This document shows, in pieces, positions 54,731 to 64,000 of a stretch of 64,000 bases of DNA; position 1 is the first letter of the stretch, and the number at the start of each line of letters is the position of its first letter. Source of the DNA: Octopus vulgaris (lineage: Eukaryota); assembly GCA_951406725.2 (NCBI GenBank), contig OX597818.1, positions 30,504,001 to 30,568,000 on the forward strand, read 5' to 3'. Under the pieces are notes generated by a model. That model searched no databases. It was given only the letters and a program-made list of their open reading frames with translations, and had not been told where the DNA came from. Made by a program: the position numbers and the translations under genes.

Positions 54731-54837
54731 CATATATCAGTTGGTACATCCAACTTAACTGGGATGCTATTTTTTTGTAGCAACAAAATGTAACTTATTA
54801 AATAGGCTGTGTAATAGGAAGGAAATAGTAACATGAT

Positions 54838-55214
54838 AGGCGCAGGAGTGGCTGTGTGGTAAGTAGCTTGTTTACCAACCACATGGTTCCGGGTTCAGTC
54901 CCACTGCCTGGCACCTTGGGAAAGTGTCTTCTACTATAGCCTCGGGCCGACCAAAGCCTTGTGAGTGGATTTGGTAGACGGAAACTGAAAGAAGCCCGTC
55001 GTATATATATATATATATATGTGTATGTTTGTATGTCTGTGTTTGTCCCCCCAACATCGCTTGACAACTGATGCTGGTGTGTTTATGTCCCCGTCACTTA
55101 GCGGTTCGGCAAAAGAGACCGATAGAATAAGTCCTGGAGTCGAGTTGCTCGATTAAAGGCGGGGCTCCAGCATGGCCACAGTCAAATGACTGAAGCAAGT
55201 AAAAGAGTAAAGAG
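54838..55214 (+). mobile_element. tRNA-derived SINE family 1
   Basis: Same as 1634-2040. Confidence 0.9.
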
Positions 55215-55424
55215 TATGATCAGTTCTTGTGTTATTATTGATAACAGCTGCACCACTGATTGAGAGTACCTGCTGGTATGAGTAAACTTTTAAGAGTAGT
55301 GAAGGAGATCCATTGTAACAGTTTATGTCTCATATTTTCCTTGTCTTCAATTCTAAAAATATACAAATGTTTTCATTTCTATGAGGCCTTAGTCTTAGTT
55401 AAAATAATTGCAGTTTATATTCAA

Positions 55425-55808
55425 CTAGCAGTATCGCCCGGCGTTGCTCAGGTTTGTAAGGGAAATAACTTTATAAGCATTTTTAGAGATGTAAAGTATA
55501 ATAGCCATCTCAATATGGCTAACCACAAAGGGGGGTGTTACTGTAGCTTTTTACGTTCTGAGATTTAATAATACATTTTTAGAGAGTTACTTCCCTTATA
55601 TATGCCAAAAATGCATTAAAAATGGGAAAAAATGATGGTAAAGTTTTTTTTAAATCGTAGACGTGCACTAATACCCAGAAGGGCTTGATATGAATCACGA
55701 CTATAAGATACCTGGTTTTGGTTAAACTGCACAGCAAAATGTGGGAGTAGTTAGGAATCTAAATCGTAGGAGACAGACACCACACAACCTCACTTTTATA
55801 TATATAGA
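55425..55808 (-). mobile_element. Non-autonomous Helitron (same family as 29955-30351)
   Basis: Reverse-complement copy with CTAG/hairpin and TC ends. Confidence 0.88.
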
Positions 55809-55959
55809 TTTTGATACATACATGAGAGTAAACTTTAATTTTATTCATGTACTACACAGTTTGAAGCACATATTTCACTCTTCTTGTTTATTTAGTCTGC
55901 CAAATTAAACATGAGGGGGGGGGGGGTGAATTCTAAACAAAGCAAGCAAGAGAAACGAA

Positions 55960-56915
55960 TTGCAAGTCTATTTTATATAGCCAAGTCTATTTTATGGTCT
56001 TCCCAAAATACTCAAAAAGTTCAAAAAAGTTCCACCCATGCACCCAATTTGCAGCTGATATGAATGTTGTGTAGCCAGAATTTTGGAGTAGCTGGATGGC
56101 TTTCTACTCCATGTAGCAAAAAGATTGAGTTCCTATATTTGGGATACTTTTGATTTTGTGTCCAAAATTAACAACTTTTCTAAACACCAAAGTAGTGTCA
56201 AAAACTGTTTTTAAGTAACCATGGATGTTTCTTCACTATATCCCAATATTGACCAGGATGAAGGGATGGAAACATGCGTGAATGCCTTCGAAAAACAGTC
56301 AAACAAAAGTATTCCATCTAATTTTCTCTTTAAGTTATTGAAGTTTGTGTTACAAAGTAACACAATGAAGTTTTACCACCAGACAAGGGGGTTGAGCTGT
56401 GGGTACACCCATGGCAGTTAATTCTGCTAATGTCTTCATGACAAAATGTGAGATACAGTTACTGAAGACATTCAAATCTCTACATGATCATGTACCAATA
56501 CCCTGGTATGATTCATTGGTGACATCTATTTTTTGTCTGGGAAGGATCACAGGATAGTTTAATTAACTTCTTGCATTTCTGTGACTGTTATGTTAAAAAA
56601 TTATAAGTCCAACATAAAATTTATGTCTAGCTTTTCAAAAACTAGCTTTGAGTTTTGGGAAACAAAAAGTTTTCAGGCAGAATTGTGACAGAGTTATTTT
56701 GCAAGCCACATCATCCCACGTTTACCTTCACTGCCACTCCAATCATCCATATCATATAAGACAGTCAAATCCGAAATTCCAATATTAGAGGATAAAACGG
56801 ATTTGTACTGATATAGGAGGTTAGTGAAAACATGCAAATGCTTTCATACACCATTATGTGAAATGCAGTTACAGTGAATCACGATTAAAGGAAATTGTAA
56901 ATGACATAGCTAAAA
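55960..56915 (+). mobile_element. Decayed Penelope-like RT fragment
   Basis: FYGLPKI, P.xPI.S, SYIWDTFDF, TMDVSSLYPNI, YHQTRG, ANVFM and YL...S.HP-like motifs, with frameshifts. Confidence 0.82.
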
Positions 56916-57315
56916 TTCTGTTGAGGTTGACTTTGCCTTTCATCCTTTCGGGGTCGATAAATCAAGTACCAGTTCAATACTGGGGTCGATATGATCGACT
57001 GTTCCCCCTCCCCACATATATATGTATGTGTATATATATATATGTATGTATATATAGAAATCCATAAAAAGAAGAACAAACGCAAAAAAAAAAACGTGAG
57101 GAAGTGGTACATGTAAAGCATTAGCACATACTCAGGGAAGGAAAGAAAGATGGTTTGACATTTTGAGCAACACTCTTCTTCAGAAACAGGAAAGTCGAAT
57201 AGAAAGGAAGACAGAGGGAGAATATCGCCAATGATTCATGTGTGATTATGTATGTATTTATACATATATATGTGTGTGTGCATATATATAAGAATATATA
57301 TATTTATATATATAT

Positions 57316-57546
57316 AGGGTATGGCAGAAACGTTGCCCCAATTTCAAAGGTTAATAAAAAAACAAACACATGAAGATACAAGAAGAAACAATGCTCTCCA
57401 TTCAAGGCCATGGTGGGTATTACCTGAAACAGAAAAATGATTGTATTTCTATGAAGTTCATTAAATGCCAAGTTTTTTCATGCATCTTCATGTTTTTGTT
57501 TTTTATTAACCTTTGAAATCAGGGCAATCTTTCTGCTGCACCCTGT
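57316..57546. mobile_element. Tc1/mariner-type MITE with long imperfect TIRs
   Basis: agggtatggcagaaacgttgcccca.tttcaaaggttaataaaaaaacaa versus ttgttttttattaacctttgaaatcagggcaatctttctgctgcaccctg. Confidence 0.7.
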
Positions 57547-57656
57547 GTATATACATATAAAAGAAATGAGGTGAGAGAGTAGATGCTTATTGCATTTGTT
57601 TACACCTGTTTCATAATTTTGTTATATAATAGATGTTACACCAGTATTAACACACT

Positions 57657-57855
57657 TACTCTTTTACTTGTTTCTGTCATTTGACTGCGGCCATGCTGGA
57701 GCATCGCCTTTAATCGAGCAAATCGACCCCAGGACTTATTCTTTGTAAGCCCAGTACTTATTCTATCGGTCTCTCTTGCTGAACCGCTAAGTGACGGGGA
57801 CGTAAACACACCAGCATCGGTTGTCAAGCAATGCTAGGGGGACAAACACAGACAA

Positions 57856-57905
<50 letters not shown>

Positions 57906-58034
57906 GACAGGCTTCTTTCAGTTTCCGTCTACCAAATCCCAAGATTTGGTCTCAAGATGCCATGCAGTGGGACTGAACCCGGAACCATGTGGTTGGTTAG
58001 CAAGCTACTTACCACACAGCCACTCCTGCGCCTA
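57657..58034 (-). mobile_element. tRNA-derived SINE family 1 (internal deletion)
   Basis: Reverse-complement copy lacking part of the body. Confidence 0.88.
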
Positions 58035-58793
58035 TAGCTACTTACCACACAAAACATTTATAAATAAATATGTATGCATGTATATACCCATATATAGAAA
58101 GGCACTGGAATGGGAACCAACAGACTAATCCTCAGACAGATACATAGTGGTTGAAAACATCAACTCTACTACAGAGAGTAAACTAACTGTCTATATATAT
58201 CCATAGGCAATACATGTACTCAGCATGTTGCCATTTATGATTTACTTTAAGGGTGCAATGACCATAGAACAATACAGAATCAGAGGGAGAAGCAGCAGAT
58301 AAATACTGCATAGTAAAAAAAAAATTGAAAAAACAAAATGTCATATAGTCAGAAAATTTAAAAGTAAATAATAAAATTGGTTTATCAAAGAAGTTGGTCT
58401 CAAAGGAAGATATGGGTACTAAGGAAGAACTAATTTCTAAAGAGTAGTAGGTTGACCAAAATATTAATTTAATATTTTATAATAATTCTGCTTGTCATTG
58501 CATTACTTAGCCGGTCAGTGATGCTTTCACATGATTAGAGATTAAGAGGGAGAGTGAGAAGCATCCATGACATGAGGTAGAGAGAATGTAATTGTAATAC
58601 TTACACATGATTAGTTGAAGGGAAAGAGAGGAGAAAGAAAAAGGAGAGGATAAGGTGAAGAAACAAAATAAATGTTGTAGACACATTTGCTCAATCTCAA
58701 GTTGTTAAATATGTATTAGATCCAGGTTGTGTGCTTTTGAATGCAGACAAAGCAAAATCTAGAAACAGCTGTAATCTTATCAACAGTATAGCC

Positions 58794-60113
58794 CAGGCCT
58801 GGCCAATTTGACTTACATTGCAGCCCACTTTAATCACACCAAGTTTTTTGAGGGCTGCTTGTATACTTTATGTACTAATAGTCAAATAATCAAATTACAG
58901 AATCAAGAATTTTTCATACTTTTCATTTGCTTAAAGTTATAAAATTGTAGGCTATTGCTTTGCAGCGTACACTAGGGTGAAATGCCACTCTCCTTTATAT
59001 TTTATATGGGCATTCGAATGTAGCAAATAACAGCTAGCCTTTGGTCGCTATTTGGACCCCTTGTGTCCACTTCTCTGATTGGTTAGTTTTGGCACAATTT
59101 GTCTCTTACTCTGTCATGCCAATCTGTAGTGTATAACCAATTGGAGCTCCAAATATGATCACATGAGACAGCCTGTTCTTAACTCAGTTTGAATCTACGG
59201 CTCCTTATAAAAACCAAGCTACTCCTCGTTTTGAGGTTTTTGTTTCCAGACCTTTTGAGGTTTAGCTCCTGACCACACAAGACACAACCAGTTCCAGCGA
59301 CAATGCCAGATGATAGCACCCATCCAACAACATTATGGTAATCTCTTTCTTCATCGCTACCATTTTCTTAACAACATCAACATCTCTACGTACACAACTC
59401 AACCAGCAACACTGCACAGGTTCTAACATAGCACTGATTGTGAATTATTTCACCATGGTTAACAGATAATACACAACCTGCGAGAACTCCTGTACAAATG
59501 ACCTATGCAGCAGCATTACAGCCACAACTTTGTACAACATGTACTGCAACCGGCTCTGCATCATCACCGCAACTTCTTGATACAGTATTTCAACTACCAT
59601 GTACAATTGACCATGAACTGGTATTTCACATTTCTTGTGTCAATGACCATTCGTCTAACTTCTCATTGTAGACTCTTTCACTTTCTCTTTCATTGTTGTT
59701 CTTATATGTACTTGATGCATAAATCCATGCCTATACACACATACACTTTGTTCTCATGACAGCTTGTTTATTATTCTGTATACATGACGTACACACAGAT
59801 ACACATGTTAACATATCAATAAATGTTCTCCCTAAACATTCTATTTGGTTCTCTCTCTCTTTCCAACTGGTACCTTATATGTATTATTCTAGGCTTCTAA
59901 ACGGAGTTGTTATTAGATGGTTTCACTATGCTTCCTTGACCATCTACAGCTTTATTGTCACTTATGAATTTTTAATTTATTTTGAAAGAAATGTTTTACA
60001 CAAACAATTTTATTTTGAAATTAAACACAATACTTCAAGAAAGTATCAAGTGGGCCACAAGATAAAGTCTGCGGGTCGCATGTGGCCCATGGCCCTCAAA
60101 TTGGCCAGCCCTG
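58794..60113. mobile_element. Non-autonomous hAT (Charlie-like) element, 8-bp TSD
   Basis: gtatagcc|caggcctggccaatttga...tcaaattggccagccctg|gtatagcc. Confidence 0.88.
58961..59948 (+). mobile_element. Probable solo LTR nested in the hAT element
   Basis: gctt|TGcag...ctaCA|gctt (4-bp TSD, TG..CA ends); TATA-like ttataaaa at about 59205 and AATAAA at about 59818. Confidence 0.55.
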
Positions 60114-60334
60114 GTATAGCCCATTCTCAATAGGTTGAATATCATAGATCTCTATCTTGGTTTATCTTTTGCTCTTCTTTGCATTCACTGTATTTCAAGT
60201 TTCTCCACTTTTTGATATAATCAGCCATGTAACTCTTAGATTTTGCTCTTCTTCTTTTTCCACATGTTTTGCACAGTCTCTATAATCTACTTGAGCATTA
60301 CATATTTCACTGGCATTATTGCAAACTAATGGGA

Positions 60335-60569
60335 ATAAGGTGGCAAGCTGGCAGAAACGTTAGCACGCCGGGCGAAATGCTTAGCGGTATTTCGTCTGCC
60401 ATTACGTTCTGAGTTCAAATTCCATCGAGGTCGACTTTGCCTTTAATCCTTTCGAGGTCAATAAATAAAGTACCAATTACACACTGGGGTCGATGTAATC
60501 AACTTAATCCCTTTGTCTGTCCTTGTTTGTCCCCTCTATGTTTAGCCCCTTGTGGACAATAACGAAATA
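60335..60569 (+). mobile_element. tRNA-derived SINE family 3 with 18-bp TSD
   Basis: TSD tattgcaaactaatggga at 60317-60334 and 60570-60587. Confidence 0.9.
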
Positions 60570-61276
60570 TATTGCAAACTAATGGGAGTTGTGTACCCTC
60601 CCACTTTCTAAATTATTTTGGAATTATTAAGGTGAACCCTAATAGTCTGTATAGTTGCTTCAGAGAATTTTAATTGCCTTCATGAAGAGCAACTAAGTAA
60701 GCATGATTCCTCAAGTTTTTTAATTCTTTTGGCAGGTTTGGTGAAAGAAGTGTTCATGGCCTTTTTGAGCAGGCTGTAAGTCAATGAACACTGGAAAGAT
60801 ATATGCAGGGAAGGAATTCCACAAGGTCAACATTCTTGGAAGAAGAATTAGCTGTGATGGTTAGTGCCAGGGCCTAAAGGTTGGATACCATATGGGTGAT
60901 CAGAAGATGAAAGATGAGTCAGTCAGGAGTGCTTGTGAGGAGGTAGTTCATGACATCTGAGGAGCAAAGGCTACTATAACAGTAGTGAAAAAAGGCAACG
61001 TAAAAAACAGCATGCCCATTTGTCAGAGTTGGAACATGTTTCAGGGAGACTTTATCTGCTTGGCCTCTGCCTCTCATTAATGACCATAACTGAACATCCT
61101 AATTGGTCCTCCCCACTGAAATAGCATTGTTTGTGACTGAACAATCCAGTGTGTAAATGACAGTCTCTGCCACACAACCTCACTTGCAGGCTGTCCTGGT
61201 GCTATTTGAGTTGTTGTGCTCTTTTCAGTGGATCTGCCTTTCTTCCACTATATTCATCAGTCTCTCTAGTATAGGG

Positions 61277-61859
61277 TGTTCAGTAGGAGCAAAGCCCAGG
61301 CAGTATGGTATGTTTTGAGGCCCCATCCCTACAATCAAAATTTATAATCTACACACCTTTGATTCATAGCTGTATTTTACCTTATTCTAACTGAAGTTCA
61401 ATATTTCATGTTATCCTAAAGAACATCTTTAAAAATACAAGTTAAATTTATTTAGGCCTATTACAAATTTCAATAAGTAAAGATTCCAGATATGAATAAA
61501 GAGCACTTTTATAATCTAGACAACTTTCAAAGACAAACATGGTGCACTTTTTGCTTCGTGGAATCATTGATCAGTTCAGAATAATCAAGCTGAGAGCTTA
61601 ATTCATGTTCAGTAGATATCATAGACATTCCACAAAGTCTGGTACACGTTTGTGGTACAATGTAATATTTTTGCAAGAACTTTCGCAGATACAATTTATT
61701 ACTATATCATTTCATGAAATTTTCAGTTAACATAGTTTAATTCTTGTTCAACATCTTAACGAAAGTATATAAACGACTCATCTACATACATTGATCTTAA
61801 CATGGGGTCCCTCAACTGTGGAGGCCCCCTATGACTGCAGGGGCTTATCGACGGCCCTG
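61277..61859. mobile_element. hAT-like remnant
   Basis: Right end cgacggccctg followed by gtataggt; similar gtataggg on the left; ggcccc subterminal motifs. The left TIR is not recognisable. Confidence 0.45.
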
Positions 61860-63010
61860 GTATAGGTTGTTGCCTATGCAGTTTGTCTCTCTTCTTCACA
61901 TTACTGATTGATCCACAGGAACAGCATGGCCATTTCAATTTGGCATCAGTGTCATCACAGGAGTTGCCAGAATAAGGTTGTAGATAAAGTCAAACTATCT
62001 CAGGAGCTCTGACTCTTGATTTTTTTCTCAGGGTCTACCCCCAGAAACCTTCCCCACAACTGAGTATGGCTACAAGGCAGTAGAGGTTTGGGATCAGGGT
62101 TTTCCTTCTAGATGGGTCCTCCCTCACCCAGGCTAATGAGCTCCATATGCCTGACTGACTTAAGTGCTTCTACTTAAGATCAAAGTAGACTTGAGAAATA
62201 TAGTGGCTAAGAGGTGATTCCACACTCCTCAAAATCCTGGAACTCCTGAACCAGGGTTCCATTTCTGGATGCAATTTACCCAGGACCAATTATCCAAGTC
62301 AACTTTTCTTGCCATACTGTGGGAGAAATACTCCATTGTGGATCTCACTGAAACTTTGTAGAGGATTAGTAATTGTAGAAGACTGAAATATTTTCAGGTT
62401 CTAAAGAGGACAGATCTTTAAGATACATTTCTAACAATAATCTATGTTTAGTCAAGGAGATGCATTTATCAGAAGGGCTCTGAGTGCTGCTAACAAGTGA
62501 ATAATTTACAGGTTTTGCCTGATATAGTCAGTAATAATTATTTGTACTCACTGCTTTACTTTCCATGACAAATTTTATTGCCTGTAAAAATTTGATATTA
62601 CTGAAGTTGAAATAGAGAGAGAGAGGGTGGGCAGGGACTGGGAAGCAGTGCGCATTAAAAAAATACTGCTAAATATAAAAGACGCCTTTACATTTGAATT
62701 ACAACTAGAATATAAAAAAGGGCATACATTCGAATTATTTAATGATATTATTCTGATAGATATTAATCGACATAGAATGTACGACATAAAAAAAAAATTC
62801 CTGGCTTACATGAATCCAAATAATATATGAGTCGAAAGTACTCTTTCTATGTGTTGTAATAGATAAAATGTAATAAGAAATTTTTTTCTCGTACTTTCAA
62901 TTTCATTTTGATAAAAATATCAACCCAGTTAATATCCTGCACTTCTTTTGTTGTGCAATGACAATGGTCAAGTTGTTGAATGGTTAAAAAAAAACCTATG
63001 TACCTTGTTT

Positions 63011-63410
63011 ACTCTTTTACTTGTTTCAGTCATTTGACTGCGGCCATGCTGGAGCACCGCCTTTAAATGAGCAACTCGACCCCAGGACTTATTCTTTTGT
63101 AAGCCCAGTACTTATTCTATCGGTCTCTTTTGCCGAACCGCTAAGTAACGGGGACGTAAACACACCAGCATCGGCTGTCAAGCAATGCTAGGGGGACAAA
63201 TACAGACACACAAACACACACACCCATATATATATACATATATACGACGGGCTTCTTTCAGTTTCCGTCTACCAAATCTTCTCACAAGGCTTTGGTCGGC
63301 CTGAGGCTATAGTAGAAGACACTTTCCCAAGGTACCACGCAGTGGGACTGAACCCGGAACCATGTGGTTGGTAAACAAGCTACTTACCACACAGTCACTC
63401 CTGCACCTAT
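63011..63410 (-). mobile_element. tRNA-derived SINE family 1
   Basis: Reverse-complement copy. Confidence 0.9.
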
Positions 63411-64000
63411 TTGTTTATGAAAATATATATAAAAAAAACTTTCAAAAGCTTTATTAAACATAATCCTTACTTACATTTTCTCTACAAAATTTTATTAAAA
63501 GATATGTATTATCAAGAAAGTCATAAAGAAGCAGAATCAAGGTGTGGTACACCAAACTATAGTTGTAGGTTGGGCAAGTCTTTATTATTATGTAGCTTAG
63601 CTAACAGAATCATTTGAGCATGGAGAAATACTTTGCTGCATTCATTCTGGTTCTTTGTGTAATGAGCCCAAATATTGCCGAGGCTAGTCTAATACTGTGT
63701 TTGATGGTATCGACTTATCCTCTCCCTCAAAATCATTGGCTTTGGCCTAAATCAGTAACAGTTATTTAGTCCGAGATGAACTGAGGCTGAATAACCCATA
63801 AATATCCAATGTGTCCAATTTTCTTGAGGAATTTGGCCGTTATTTCTAATTAGTAGAGCGACTGCAAAGAGGTTTCTTTGTTGTTGTTTAAGCACTCCAT
63901 ATAACCCCTCATAACTTTTTGTGGGGCTAATGCAGTTTCACACCTCTCCTTGAAAAATGCATTTTTAAAACAAAATTTGGTGGGGTTTCCTACATTTTAG

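Noticed and set aside
62627-62830. 67-aa ORF as an exon of a downstream gene
   Set aside because: No recognisable motif, very AT-rich, and no consistent splice partners in the window.

Overview
AT-rich, repeat-dominated animal genomic DNA. The SINE, RTE and microsatellite landscape suggests an octopus (coleoid cephalopod); this is inferred from repeat families. The one host gene is THYN1 (thymocyte nuclear protein 1, EVE domain) on the + strand. Six coding exons were reconstructed by hand (10522-10625, 28910-28978, 39091-39186, 39613-39674, 50217-50401, 52739-52782); all introns are GT-AG and the phases join into one open frame. The start-codon exon was not found. The rest is transposon debris: RTE, CR1-group and R4/NeSL-type LINE fragments, Penelope-like element (PLE) remnants, Helitrons, three tRNA-derived SINE families, piggyBac-, hAT- and Tc1-type MITEs, a probable solo LTR, and long microsatellites. 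The most notable signals are: (1) four different families of type-I hammerhead-ribozyme-like folds in short, often inverted PLE-type terminal repeats, including one with a swapped G3-C8 core on the THYN1 sense strand; (2) a candidate recursive splice site almost exactly at the midpoint of the 18.3-kb intron; (3) modular hairpin-repeat arrays in RTE 3' UTRs. TE boundaries are approximate unless a TSD is quoted. Nothing was checked against databases or folded computationally.
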